Position numbers and translations under genes: made by a program
Notes under the pieces: generated by a model
The model's database searches: none
Seen by the model: only the letters and a program-made list of their open reading frames with translations
Told to the model about the DNA's origin: nothing
Shown: positions 9,043-18,908 of the stretch, piece by piece
Position numbering within the stretch: the first letter of the stretch is position 1
How the letters are laid out: each line of letters starts with the position of its first letter
Source: Candidatus Micrarchaeota archaeon
GTDB taxonomy: Archaea; Micrarchaeota; Micrarchaeia; Norongarragalinales; UBA97
Assembly (NCBI GenBank): GCA_964585235.1
Contig: CAZPDD010000001.1
Coordinates: 1-30,084 of the forward strand
Reading direction: 5' to 3'
DNA: 30,084 bases

Positions 9043-9705
9043 GTGAAACGCGAGACTAAAAGCGTTATAAGCAAAGTAATAACCGCGGGTTTATTGGGCG
9101 CTAATCTATTCGCTGTGGGAAGGTATACTGGACTGAAAAGAGGACTTAATCTGGCTGAGAGAGCCACCAAAACGGCAGAACAGGCCTCAGCCGCCGCTAA
9201 AATGTATTTCAATGAAAGTGAATTGATTGCGGCAGCCCATCGCGTTTACACCGCTGCTGGAGGAGTTGAACGAGCTAACTTTCCGGCTTATCCGGAACTT
9301 CAACAAAGGCACGGGGCACAAAGAATACAACTGCCCAGCATTAACTCTTTCGACCTATTTACCCATTTTTACCTTTCTACGAAAGCAAATGAAAAACCGA
9401 CTAAATTAGCCCCCATTCAGCTGCTGGTTACGCCGAAAACAAGTACTGAAAATCGCTTCAGCCACAAAGATTATTCGACAAGAGTACAACGCCGCTTGGA
9501 CCAATTGGCTGAGACGCTCAGAAAAGGAGGCACCCCTGTTTCGGGCTTGGATTATCACCTCAGGAAAATCCGTAATCAAGACTTTGGATTGCACGCTCAC
9601 CCGCTCCTTTCAAAACATGCGACTGACATCTCTACCAGGGCAAACGCCCAGGGATTCAGAATTTTAGAAATCTCGCCTCGCGCGACTCCCGCGCGGAGAA
9701 AGTGA
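9043..9705 (+). CDS. Hypothetical protein (orphan, lower GC)
   Basis: 220-aa ORF with GTG start and a CCTTTTATT box about 20 nt upstream. Possible N-terminal hydrophobic segment. Confidence 0.6.
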   Translation: MKRETKSVISKVITAGLLGANLFAVGRYTGLKRGLNLAERATKTAEQASAAAKMYFNESELIAAAHRVYTAAGGVERANFPAYPELQQRHGAQRIQLPSINSFDLFTHFYLSTKANEKPTKLAPIQLLVTPKTSTENRFSHKDYSTRVQRRLDQLAETLRKGGTPVSGLDYHLRKIRNQDFGLHAHPLLSKHATDISTRANAQGFRILEISPRATPARRK

Positions 9706-9849
9706 ATAACGACACTTGCTTGAAATTCACCACGCTCAGCAGCATGCATTCGACACAAAATAGTTACCGGCTCGCGCTATTTTCCATCACTTCCTCGCGT
9801 TGACGAACCACGCCGAAAAGGCACCCACTCTTGTGAATCGAACACCCTT

Positions 9850-12687
9850 TTACGTCTTTGACGGGCCAAGCCATTCCTTCAGGTACTTGCCCGTCTCGCT
9901 TTTCGCGTTTTGTGCTATTGATTCGGGCGTGCCGGTTGCGATGAGGCGGCCGCCTGCCGCGCCGCCAGCGGGGCCGAGGTCTAAAATCCAGTCTGCGCTC
10001 TTGATTACGTCTAGGTTGTGCTCGATGACGATGACGGAATTGCCGCGCTCGACTAAGCGTGAGAGAACTCCGAGGAGCTTGCTGACGTCGTCAAAGTGAA
10101 GGCCGGTTGTCGGCTCGTCGAGAATGTAGAGAGTCTTGCCCGAGTCGCGCTTGGTGAGCTCGGAAGCGAGCTTGATGCGCTGCGCCTCGCCTCCAGAAAG
10201 GGTTGTCGAAGGCTGGCCGAGCTTGATGTAGCCAAGGCCCACGTCGTTAATCGTCTCGAGCTTGCGTCTGACCTGCGGAATGTTCGTGAAGAATTCGAGG
10301 GCTTGCGAGACGCTCATTTCCAAGATGTCGGCAATGTTTTTTCCCTTGAAGCGGATGGCAAGCGTGCCCGGCTCGTAGCGCTTGCCCTTGCACTCCTCGC
10401 AAAGCACGTAGACGTCGGGCAAGAAGTGCATCTCAATCTTGAGAAGGCCGTCGCCCTCGCATTTCTCGCACCTGCCGCCGGAGACGTTGAAGGAAAAGCG
10501 GCCGGGGGCAAAGCCGCGCAAGCGCGCCTCTGGAGTGGCGGCGAAAAGCTCGCGGATTGGGGAAAACACGCCGATGTAAGTGGCGGGGTTGCTGCGGGGA
10601 GTGCGGCCGATGGGAGATTGGTCAACCACCACAACGTGGTCAACTTGGTCAACTCCCTCTATTGTGCCGTGTGCAAGCGGGCTTTCGCGCGAGTTGTACT
10701 TTATTTGGAAAAGCGATTTTTGAAGCGTGTCCACCACGAGCGTGCTCTTGCCGCTTCCGGAAACTCCCGTGACGGCCGTGAGGCTGCGAAGCGGGAATTT
10801 CGCGTCAAAGCCCTTGAGGTTGTTGCCACGGCAGTTGCGAAGCGTGATGAATTGCGCCGGGTGGCGGCGCTTGGTCGGGACGGGAATTGATTTGTCTCCA
10901 CGCAAGTAGGCGGCAGTGATGGAGTCTTTTGACTTGAGAAATTCCTTTGGGGAGCCGGTTGCGACTATGCGACCGCCCTGCTCGCCTGCGCCCGGCCCCA
11001 AATCAACAAGAAAGTCGGCCGCGAGCATGGTGTCCTTGTCGTGCTCAACTACGATGAGCGTGTTGCCGAGGTCACGAAGCTTCTTGAGGGTTGCAAGAAG
11101 TTTGTCGTTATCCTTTTGGTGAAGGCCAATTGACGGCTCGTCAAGAACGTAAAGCACTCCCGTAAGCCCAGAGCCTATTTGCGTTGCAAGGCGGATTCTT
11201 TGGGCTTCGCCGCCGGAAAGCGACGCGGCTTGTCGCGAAAGCGTGATGTAGCCCAAGCCCACGTCGCAGAGGAAAGAGAGCCGCGCGTGAAGTTCGCGCA
11301 GCACGAGCTTGCAGATTTCCGCCTGCGTGGTAGAAAGCTTGAGCTTGCCAAGCATTTCGCGGATGGTTGAAGCATCGTGAGAGCAAAGCTCGGCAATGCT
11401 TGCGCCGTCGACAGTGACTGCGAGCGCCTCTTTCTTGAGGCGCAACCCAAGGCAAGCGGGACATTGGCCGGTGCGCTGGAAGCGGCGCAAGTCCTCGCGA
11501 CGGCTTTCCGACTCGGTTTCAAGGAGCATGCGCTCGAGGGAAGGCATGACGCCCTCAAAGCCGCCCTCGTGAGTGAATGTAGCGCTGCCGTCGCGGCTCA
11601 CGTGACGGAACTTGATGTTTTTTTCAGAACCGAAAAGAATCGCGTCAAGCTGGGGCTTGGAAAGCTCCTCGATTGGCTTGTCAATGGAAAAGCCCAGGGC
11701 TTTGCCGAGGCTCTCGAGGGATTGGATGCGGTAGGCCTTGAACATGCCGCCCCACGGGACAATCGCACCGTCGGCAATGGATTTCGTGCGGTCGGGAATG
11801 ACGAGGCTTACGTCGAACTCGCTTTTTTCCCCAAGCCCGTGGCATTCAGGACACGCGCCGAAAGGGGAGTTGAAGGAAAAAAGCCGCGGCTGAAGCTCCT
11901 CAAAGCTCGCGCCGCACTGGGGGCAGCTGTTTTTTTGGTTGAAAAGCTCCTGCTTGCCGGCAGCATTGGCGACAACCGCGAGGCCTTCTGCAATTGAGCA
12001 GGCGCTTTCAAGAGCTTCCGCAATGCGCGCACCGTGCTCTTGCGTGCATTCAAGCTTGTCAACTGAGACCCAAATGTCGTGCTTTTCGTAACGGCCGAGT
12101 ACTGGAGTGCGCTGCGACTCGTCCATCAAAAATTCATGGCCGTCAACGCGGAAGGTGATGAAGCCCTTTGCGTAGTACTCGGCGAAAAGCGCTTCGTAAG
12201 TGCCTTTTTTGCCACGCACAACAGGCGCGTAGATGGAAATCTTCTCGCCCTCGAAGCGGGAGAGCACGTTTTGCGACATTGCGGCAACGCTAGAGGCGGC
12301 AATTACCGTGCCGCAGTTTACGCAGTGTGGCACGCCGATGCGGGCGTAAAGCAGGCGCATGTAGTCGTAAATCTCCGTCACCGTGCCGACGGTTGAGCGC
12401 GGGTTGTGGCCCGCCCCCTTTTGGTCAATTGAAATGGCGGGGGAAAGGCCTTCGATGGAATCCACGTCGGGCTTGTCCATCACGCCAAGAAACTGGCGCG
12501 CGTAGGCAGACAAACTTTCCACATAGCGGCGCTGGCCTTCGGCGTAAATCGTGTCAAACGCAAGCGTGCTCTTGCCGCTTCCCGAGAGGCCCGTGAAGAC
12601 CGTAAGCGTATTCTTGGGAATAGCCAAGTTGACGTTCTTGAGGTTGTGCTCGCGGGCGCCCGTCACGACGATGTTTTCCAAAACCAT
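9850..12687 (-). CDS. uvrA: Excinuclease ABC subunit A
   Basis: Two ABC ATPase modules (GLSGSGKS, LSGGEAQRI, GVSGSGKS, LDEPTTGLH) and Zn fingers. GGTGA SD is present. Confidence 0.99.
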   Translation of the reverse strand: MVLENIVVTGAREHNLKNVNLAIPKNTLTVFTGLSGSGKSTLAFDTIYAEGQRRYVESLSAYARQFLGVMDKPDVDSIEGLSPAISIDQKGAGHNPRSTVGTVTEIYDYMRLLYARIGVPHCVNCGTVIAASSVAAMSQNVLSRFEGEKISIYAPVVRGKKGTYEALFAEYYAKGFITFRVDGHEFLMDESQRTPVLGRYEKHDIWVSVDKLECTQEHGARIAEALESACSIAEGLAVVANAAGKQELFNQKNSCPQCGASFEELQPRLFSFNSPFGACPECHGLGEKSEFDVSLVIPDRTKSIADGAIVPWGGMFKAYRIQSLESLGKALGFSIDKPIEELSKPQLDAILFGSEKNIKFRHVSRDGSATFTHEGGFEGVMPSLERMLLETESESRREDLRRFQRTGQCPACLGLRLKKEALAVTVDGASIAELCSHDASTIREMLGKLKLSTTQAEICKLVLRELHARLSFLCDVGLGYITLSRQAASLSGGEAQRIRLATQIGSGLTGVLYVLDEPSIGLHQKDNDKLLATLKKLRDLGNTLIVVEHDKDTMLAADFLVDLGPGAGEQGGRIVATGSPKEFLKSKDSITAAYLRGDKSIPVPTKRRHPAQFITLRNCRGNNLKGFDAKFPLRSLTAVTGVSGSGKSTLVVDTLQKSLFQIKYNSRESPLAHGTIEGVDQVDHVVVVDQSPIGRTPRSNPATYIGVFSPIRELFAATPEARLRGFAPGRFSFNVSGGRCEKCEGDGLLKIEMHFLPDVYVLCEECKGKRYEPGTLAIRFKGKNIADILEMSVSQALEFFTNIPQVRRKLETINDVGLGYIKLGQPSTTLSGGEAQRIKLASELTKRDSGKTLYILDEPTTGLHFDDVSKLLGVLSRLVERGNSVIVIEHNLDVIKSADWILDLGPAGGAAGGRLIATGTPESIAQNAKSETGKYLKEWLGPSKT

Positions 12688-12698
12688 TTTTTCACCAA

Positions 12699-14639
12699 CT
12701 ATTTTTCAAGCACCAGGCGGCTGCGGCGAAGAGTCTCGCGGAGCTCGATTGCGCGCTCGAAGTCAAGCGCCTCCGCCGCAGCGCGCATTTGCGACTCTAG
12801 CTCTACTATCTGCGAGTGCGAAAACTTCTTGGCAAGCGCCTTGCCTGCGATTGGCTCGTCCTCCTCTCTTAGGGCAGAGACTTTCTTGACGATGCTTGCG
12901 GGAGTGATGCCGTGCTTTTCGTTGTAGACTTTTTGGTAAGCTCGGCGGCGGTTGGTCTCAGAAATCGCGCGCGCCATCGAGGCGGTCTCGCGCTCGGCGT
13001 AGAGGATGGCGCGGCTTTGCGCATTGCGCGCGGCGCGGCCGATTGTCTGGATGAGCGAAGTTTCGTTGCGTAAGAAGCCTTCCTTGTCGGCGTCGAGAAC
13101 TGCAACTAGGCCGACTTCAGGCAAGTCAAGGCCCTCGCGCAAGAGGTTTATTCCGACCAAGACGTCGAATTCGCCAAGGCGCAGGCGGCGGATGATGTCA
13201 GAGCGTTCAAGAGTCTCTATTTCCGAGTGGAGATAGCGGGCTTTCACGCCGTTTTTCAGCAGGTATTCCGTCAAGTCCTCGGCCTGCCTCTTGGTGAGGG
13301 TGGTGACGAGAGTGCGGAACTTGCTTTTTGTAGTTGCGGCGATTTGCAAACGCAAGTCCTCCACGCTTCCCTGCGTGGGCTTGACGATTACTTCAGGGTC
13401 GATGATGCCGGTGGGGCGCACTAGCTGCTCGACAACTGCCTTGGAGATTTGGCGTTCGTAGTCGCCGGGAGTGGCGGAGACGAAAATCGCGGGCCGCCGG
13501 CCAAGGTAACCCTCGAACTCCGCGTACTTGAGGGGCCGGTTGTCAAACGCGCTTGGCAGGCGGAAGCCGTAGTCAACGAGGTTTTTCTTGCGCGAAAAAT
13601 CGCCGTTGTACATTCCGTGGAGTTGGGGGATGGTGACGTGGCTCTCGTCAACAACTATTAGAGAGTCGTTTGAAAAGAAGTCCATCAGGCAATAGGGCTT
13701 TTCGCCGGGCTTGCGGCCGTCGAAATACCGAGAGTAGTTCTCAACGCCCTTGCAAAACCCGGTGTTTTCAATCATTTCCGCGTCGTAATTCACCCGCGTC
13801 TTGAGCCTGTGGGCGGCAAACTCGTCTTTCAGTTCCGGCAGGCGGGAAGCGAGTTCCTGCCGGATGCTTTTCACAACTCCCTTCACTCTCTCCTGCGGGA
13901 CGACGAAGTGCTTTGCCGGGAAAATGCGCGTGGAAGGAAGCTTGCCAAGCGGCTTGGTGGTGTCAAGCGAGAAGACTGTGATGGAAGAGAGCTTGTCGTC
14001 CTCGAGAATTAGGCGGTAGAATATTTTCTTGTAGGAAGGGTAGACGTCAATCGTATCCCCCCGGGAGCGGAAATCGCCAGGGCCGGGGGCCGCGTCGTTG
14101 CGCTCGTACTGGATGGAAGTGAGGAAGGCAAGCAAGTCGCTTCTCCTCCAGCCGTCCCCAACTTTCAGCTTGAGGGCCATTTCCTCGTAGTCGCGGGGGC
14201 TGCCGAGGCCGTAGATGCAGGAAACGCTTGCGACAACTATTGTCGGCTCGCCTGAAAGAAGAGAGGCAGTTGCGGAAAAGCGCATTTGCTCGATTTTCTC
14301 GTTCACCATCGCAGTTTTTTCAATGTACGTGTCGGTAGTGGGCATGTAACTCTCAGGCTGGTAGTAGTCGTAGTAGGAGACGAAGTACTCGACGTTGTTG
14401 TGGGGGAAGAATTCCTTGAACTCGGAATAGAGCTGGGTTGCAAGAGTCTTGTTGTGGCTGATGATTAGGGCATTTTTTCCAGTCTTTGCAATCACTTGGG
14501 CAACACTGTAGGTTTTGCCGGAACCCGTAACGCCGAGGAGAGTCTGCTTTCCTCCGGCTAAAACGCCTTTGGATAACTTGTCGATTGCCTGCGGCTGGTC
14601 GCCAGTTGGGCTGAAGGCTGAGTTTAGCGAAAACGGCAT
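12699..14639 (-). CDS. uvrB: Excinuclease ABC subunit B
   Basis: GVTGSGKT, beta-hairpin FVSYYDYYQPE, DESH, GINLLREGLD, QTIGRAARN and C-terminal UVR. It ends 11 nt before the uvrA start. Confidence 0.99.
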   Translation of the reverse strand: MPFSLNSAFSPTGDQPQAIDKLSKGVLAGGKQTLLGVTGSGKTYSVAQVIAKTGKNALIISHNKTLATQLYSEFKEFFPHNNVEYFVSYYDYYQPESYMPTTDTYIEKTAMVNEKIEQMRFSATASLLSGEPTIVVASVSCIYGLGSPRDYEEMALKLKVGDGWRRSDLLAFLTSIQYERNDAAPGPGDFRSRGDTIDVYPSYKKIFYRLILEDDKLSSITVFSLDTTKPLGKLPSTRIFPAKHFVVPQERVKGVVKSIRQELASRLPELKDEFAAHRLKTRVNYDAEMIENTGFCKGVENYSRYFDGRKPGEKPYCLMDFFSNDSLIVVDESHVTIPQLHGMYNGDFSRKKNLVDYGFRLPSAFDNRPLKYAEFEGYLGRRPAIFVSATPGDYERQISKAVVEQLVRPTGIIDPEVIVKPTQGSVEDLRLQIAATTKSKFRTLVTTLTKRQAEDLTEYLLKNGVKARYLHSEIETLERSDIIRRLRLGEFDVLVGINLLREGLDLPEVGLVAVLDADKEGFLRNETSLIQTIGRAARNAQSRAILYAERETASMARAISETNRRRAYQKVYNEKHGITPASIVKKVSALREEDEPIAGKALAKKFSHSQIVELESQMRAAAEALDFERAIELRETLRRSRLVLEK

Positions 14640-14782
14640 TTAAGAAGACCCGTATTAGTAGGCGGGAGAAAAGATAACAAGGCTATGCCCTGGCAGGCGG
14701 CTAGGGGGGAAAGCGGAAAAAAAGACGCTCTCCCGGCTTTGCATAGGCTGAAATACGTTTCATTCCCCTTAGCCTAAACAGA

Positions 14783-14810
14783 GGCCGCGGGCATTCACTT
14801 GCTCGCGGCC
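14783..14810. other. GC-rich hairpin in the divergent uvrB/lhr intergenic region
   Basis: GGCCGCGGGCA-TTCACT-TGCTCGCGGCC forms an 11-bp stem with one G-U pair. An adjacent ACTAC-N5-GTAGT lies at 14814-14828. Confidence 0.4.
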
Positions 14811-14848
14811 AAAACTACGTTATGTAGTGCCTAAAAGTGAAAGGGTAA

Positions 14849-17686
14849 ATGGAAAACGCGTTTGACTTGCTTCACCCCAAAATTGCCGCGCTAGCGAAAG
14901 CCCGTTTTGCAACGCCCACTGAAATCCAGGAAAAGGCAATTCCGCTTGTGCTTGCAGGCGAGGACGTGCTCGCCATTGCGCCAACCGGATGGGGAAAGAT
15001 GGAAGCCGCCTTCCTGCCTGCAATGAGCGGGCTTCTTGAAAACGTCGAGGCGGGAAACCGCGGGGGAATACAGTTTTTGTACATCACGCCTTTGCGCGCG
15101 CTCAACCGCGACATGCTCGAGCGCATGCAGTACTGGGCGCACCTCCTTGGCCTTTCCATCGCAGTCCGCCACGGGGACACTAAGCAAAGCGAGAGGCTAA
15201 AACAACGCGAAAACCCCCCGCAAGTGCTTGTAACGACGCCAGAGAGCGTCAACACGCTGCTTATTTCGCCGAAAATAAGGGATGCGTTGAGAAACGTCAA
15301 GTTCGTGGTTGTTGACGAGGTTCACGAGTTGATTGACAGCAAAAGGGGCGTCCAACTGGGCCTTGCGCTCGAGAGATTGCGCGAGAGAGTGCGGGAAAGA
15401 GAAAAAAACGGGGAAAACAACTTCCAGACAATCGGATTAAGCGCAACGGTTGGCGATGAGGCAAAGGCAGCGCAATTCATTTCGCCAAAGGCGCGGACGG
15501 TGCGCGTTGACTTGCAGAGGAAAATACGCCTGGAAGTCGATTACCCGAGCAAGCCGGCGAAGGAATTGGCGCAAACGTGGAAGCTTGACGCCGCAACCGC
15601 AGCGCGCATCGAAAAACTCGCCTCGCTCATTGAGGAAAGCAAGAGCGTGCTTGTTTTTGTCAACACACGCAGCATGGCCGAGGCTCTCTCGGCGCTTTTA
15701 TTCCAAGTCGAGGAACTGAGAGGGAAGGTGGGGGTTCACCACGGGTCGCTCTCGCGCGAGACGCGGATTGCAACCGAACAGGAGTTCAAGCGAAAGGCAA
15801 CCGAAGGCGAGGAAAAAAAGCTGAAGGCGATAGTATGCACAAGCAGCCTCGAGCTTGGAATAGACGTGGGGGAAATCAACCTCGTGGTACAGTACCACTC
15901 GCCGCGCCAAGTCACGCGCCTGTTGCAGCGGGTTGGTAGAAGCGGGCACCGCAAGAACCTCGTGCCGCGGGGGGTCGTGCTCGCAGTTGCGGGAATGGAT
16001 TGCGTCGAGGCGGCAGTTCTTGCAAAGCGGGCCATTGAACCCAAACTAGAGCGCACGCGCCTGCCGAAAAACAGCCTCGACGCACTTGGCCACCAAATTG
16101 CCGGAATAACGCTTGACAAGTGCGTTGGGGAAAACGACAAGCTGAGCACAGAGTATGTTTATGGCGTGTTCAAGCGCGCTTCGCATTATGAAACGCTCTC
16201 GATGCAGGACTTCCTGCTCGTCTGCAGGCAGCTGTCGGGGCAGAGACTGCTTGCCCTGAGCAACGACTTTGCTTTTGTCGCGCCTTCGCGGGCAACCAAA
16301 CTCTACTATTACGAAAACCTGAGCACCATCCCCGACTTGCGGCGGTATTTCGTCAAGGACGCTGGCAGCCGCAGGAACGTCGCAACTCTCGACGAGGATT
16401 TCGTCGCCGAGTACCTGCAAGTCGGCCAGGTGTTCATCACGCGCGGCATTCCCTGGAAGGTGTTGAGCGTGGCGGACGACGAAGTTGTCGTAGAACCCGG
16501 ACAGGATTACGAAGCGGCTGTTCCGGACTGGGTGGGCGAGGAAATTCCCGTAGACTATGAAGTGACGCAAGAAGTTGCGGAGTTGTTGAACAAAACCGGC
16601 CGCGGCAACTTGGGCAAGTGGGAGCTCGGCCGCGACTATGCCTGCTCGCAGCAAGCAGCAGCAGAGATAATTGCCTTTGCAGGGGAACAGGAGAAAAGCT
16701 TCCTCCCTTCACGCCAGAAGCTTTTCGTCGAGGAAAGCGGCAAGACTCTCGCGCTGCACTCCTTTGCCGGCAACGAGGCAAACGAGGCGATCGCCCGCTG
16801 CCTCGCCTTCCTGTTGAGCGCGCAACTGGGGGAAAGCGTGCGGACTCGCGCAAGCGCCTACAGCATTGCCTTCGAGTTTTCCCGCGAGTACGGCGCCAAG
16901 AAGTTCGAGAAACTCGTGCGCGAGCTTGACGGGGCAGGGCTTGAGAAAGTCCTGCTAAGCGCGCTGCCGTCAACACAGCTTTTCCGCAATAAATTCGTCG
17001 ACGTTGCAAAGCGCCTTGGCTTCATCAGGCGTGATGCGGACCTCAAACGCATCGGCATCCGGAGGCTCGTGGAGGAAAGCGCAGGCACGCCCGTGTGGAA
17101 GGAGGCGATGAACGAAGTCTTGAATGACAAGATGGATGTGGAGCGCGCCAAGCAAGTGGTCGCATGGCCGGTTGAAGTGGTGAGCAGGCCGGAACTCTCG
17201 GCAATTTCCCGCGAATTCCTCGAGTTCCACGGCTTTCGCGAATTGCTTTCGCCTCCCGAACCCACCAAGCAGGTGCTTGAGGCGTTCCAAAACAACTTGC
17301 TTGGCCAGCGCACGCGCTTGGCGTGCAACTACTGCAAAAACACGTTCAGCGTCTTTTTGCGCGAGGCGCCGGAGCAGGTAAAGTGCCCGCACTGCTCAAG
17401 CACGCAGGCGACGCTTGAAGAGTACAAGAAAGTCATGGACAAGGCCGGAAAGGGCGAGGAACTCAAAGCCGACGAGCGCAAGAAACTGGCGGAGGCCCGG
17501 CGGGTCGAGTCGCTAATTGCGTCTTACGGAAAAAAGGCGCTCGTGGCGCTTGCGACTTACGGAGTTGGGCCGGAAAACGCCGTGCGGGTCCTCTCACGCC
17601 TGCGCGACTCGGAAGAGGAGTTTTACCGCGACTTGCTTGAGACGCAAAAGCAGTTCATCGCAACCCGCAAGTTCTGGCGGGCTTAG
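14849..17686 (+). CDS. lhr: Archaeal Lhr-family SF2 helicase with C-terminal Zn finger
   Basis: Q motif (PTEIQ), YITPLRALNRD, VRHGDT, DEVH, LSAT, HHGSLS, TSSLELGID, QRVGRSGH, and C-terminal CNYC...CPHC. Confidence 0.93.
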   Translation: MENAFDLLHPKIAALAKARFATPTEIQEKAIPLVLAGEDVLAIAPTGWGKMEAAFLPAMSGLLENVEAGNRGGIQFLYITPLRALNRDMLERMQYWAHLLGLSIAVRHGDTKQSERLKQRENPPQVLVTTPESVNTLLISPKIRDALRNVKFVVVDEVHELIDSKRGVQLGLALERLRERVREREKNGENNFQTIGLSATVGDEAKAAQFISPKARTVRVDLQRKIRLEVDYPSKPAKELAQTWKLDAATAARIEKLASLIEESKSVLVFVNTRSMAEALSALLFQVEELRGKVGVHHGSLSRETRIATEQEFKRKATEGEEKKLKAIVCTSSLELGIDVGEINLVVQYHSPRQVTRLLQRVGRSGHRKNLVPRGVVLAVAGMDCVEAAVLAKRAIEPKLERTRLPKNSLDALGHQIAGITLDKCVGENDKLSTEYVYGVFKRASHYETLSMQDFLLVCRQLSGQRLLALSNDFAFVAPSRATKLYYYENLSTIPDLRRYFVKDAGSRRNVATLDEDFVAEYLQVGQVFITRGIPWKVLSVADDEVVVEPGQDYEAAVPDWVGEEIPVDYEVTQEVAELLNKTGRGNLGKWELGRDYACSQQAAAEIIAFAGEQEKSFLPSRQKLFVEESGKTLALHSFAGNEANEAIARCLAFLLSAQLGESVRTRASAYSIAFEFSREYGAKKFEKLVRELDGAGLEKVLLSALPSTQLFRNKFVDVAKRLGFIRRDADLKRIGIRRLVEESAGTPVWKEAMNEVLNDKMDVERAKQVVAWPVEVVSRPELSAISREFLEFHGFRELLSPPEPTKQVLEAFQNNLLGQRTRLACNYCKNTFSVFLREAPEQVKCPHCSSTQATLEEYKKVMDKAGKGEELKADERKKLAEARRVESLIASYGKKALVALATYGVGPENAVRVLSRLRDSEEEFYRDLLETQKQFIATRKFWRA

Positions 17687-17692
17687 GGAAAA

Positions 17693-18151
17693 CTAGGGCT
17701 GTCCCGCGTGCCTAACTTTGCTTACCTTGCCGCCGGGCAGTTCTTTGAAATACCTGCCTATGAGGTCGTTAAGAACGCCTTGAGTGAAGTTGCTCCCGTT
17801 ATGGGGCCAGATGAATTCGCTTTTGTCATGGGACGCCTTGCCTGCCTTTACTACGTATCTTCCATTCCAAACCAAGGCCGTTTTTGCGTTTGCATCGCCC
17901 GGCTTGTTTTCCGGCCGCAGACCCATTTGGTCAATTACTTGGAGGGTATTGATTCTCGACATGCTTTTTCCATCCTTGAATTGGGAAGCCATATGCGCCG
18001 GGAGGTGGTTTATGCTATCTGCAAAATGAAGCTCGAAATGATGGGCCTTACGGCGGTTGTTCTTGGAGCCAACTTCAGGCAAATGGTAGGCGTAAAGACC
18101 CATGTAACGGATTGGAGGCCGGGGCGCGGTTGGCGCTGCAAGTTTTCCCAT
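17693..18151 (-). CDS. Hypothetical protein
   Basis: 152 aa. A TTTAAAC box 22 nt upstream of ATG18151 supports this strand over the overlapping + ORF. Confidence 0.6.
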   Translation of the reverse strand: MGKLAAPTAPRPPIRYMGLYAYHLPEVGSKNNRRKAHHFELHFADSINHLPAHMASQFKDGKSMSRINTLQVIDQMGLRPENKPGDANAKTALVWNGRYVVKAGKASHDKSEFIWPHNGSNFTQGVLNDLIGRYFKELPGGKVSKVRHAGQP

Positions 18152-18204
18152 GGCAGAGATTTGCGGATTGATTGTTTAAATGCGTTTCGGCTCTTTGCTT
18201 GCGC

Positions 18205-18360
18205 CTAAACCCTGAGGAACGCGCGGATTTTCTGGAAAAACGATTTTTCTCCAGTCGTTTTCGCCGGGCTTGCCTCCAAGAATTCGTATTCTTTCTCGCT
18301 TGGCGGCTCGCGTTCCTCAAGCGTTAGTTCCCTGACGCCAAGCACGCGCGGTTTTTCCAT
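18205..18360 (-). CDS. 51-aa protein directly downstream of E2 (absent from the ORF track)
   Basis: Hand translation gives MEKPRVLGVRELTLEEREPPSEKEYEFLEASPAKTTGEKSFFQKIRAFLRV*. The ATG is 4 nt after the E2 stop, and both termini resemble the 277-aa protein. Confidence 0.75.
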   Translation of the reverse strand: MEKPRVLGVRELTLEEREPPSEKEYEFLEASPAKTTGEKSFFQKIRAFLRV

Positions 18361-18364
18361 TTTT

Positions 18365-18850
18365 TCACAACACTATAGTCGGTTTTTCAAGCCTGCGGGC
18401 CAGCGGCTGTCCGGCAGACGGCGCGAGGCCTTGCTTTTCCAAGAAATATTTCGCCGCCTCCTTGTTAAGCGGGTCCTTCGGGTTGGGGTTTTCAAGCAAT
18501 TGCTTGAGGCCGGCGGCGAGGGAAACGAGCGACAGGCCTTCGCTCCACGCGTTGAGCAATTGGATGCACACGCGGCCGTCCTGTGGTCGGATGTTGGGGT
18601 GGAAAATTGGCGAAAGCCAAGTGACTTCCAGGCCCCCCGGGTAGGGATAGTCGCGAAGCAGGCGGATGCGCACGCGGTGGGAATTTACTGGCACCTCGCG
18701 GCCGCCTTGCAGCACGATTCCCCTTGCGGAAAGCTCTAGGACGTATTCAGTCTTGTCGGCACCGGCCTTGAAGACCGCGCCGCTTGCGGACAATTCGGCA
18801 AACTCGTTATCCAGGCGGCGGCGCCAGATGGCTTCGGGAAGGCGGGGCAT
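18365..18850 (-). CDS. Ubiquitin-conjugating enzyme E2 (UBC fold)
   Basis: RRLDNEF helix 1, DYPY, and PIFHPNIRPQDGRVC (HPN at 84-86, catalytic Cys95), followed by W and LLENPNPKDPLNKEAA, matching eukaryotic E2 signatures. Confidence 0.95.
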   Translation of the reverse strand: MPRLPEAIWRRRLDNEFAELSASGAVFKAGADKTEYVLELSARGIVLQGGREVPVNSHRVRIRLLRDYPYPGGLEVTWLSPIFHPNIRPQDGRVCIQLLNAWSEGLSLVSLAAGLKQLLENPNPKDPLNKEAAKYFLEKQGLAPSAGQPLARRLEKPTIVL

Positions 18851-18865
18851 GAGGAAAGGATAGGG

Positions 18866-18885
18866 GGCACAAAGAGATTTAATTG
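18866..18885 (-). promoter_or_regulatory. E2 promoter motif CAATTAAATCTCTTTGTGCC
   Basis: The TATA-like box is 25 nt before the E2 ATG. The motif is 17/20 identical to 20739-20758 upstream of the Ubl gene. Confidence 0.6.
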
Positions 18886-18908
18886 GGCACGGGGAATATG
18901 ACTACGCC

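Noticed and set aside
9800-17392. Many 60-260 aa ORFs overlapping uvrA, uvrB and lhr
   Set aside because: They are shadow ORFs of GC-rich conserved genes with no motifs.
17708-18208. 166-aa + strand ORF
   Set aside because: It is the antisense shadow of 17693..18151, which has a positioned TATA-like box and a more natural composition.
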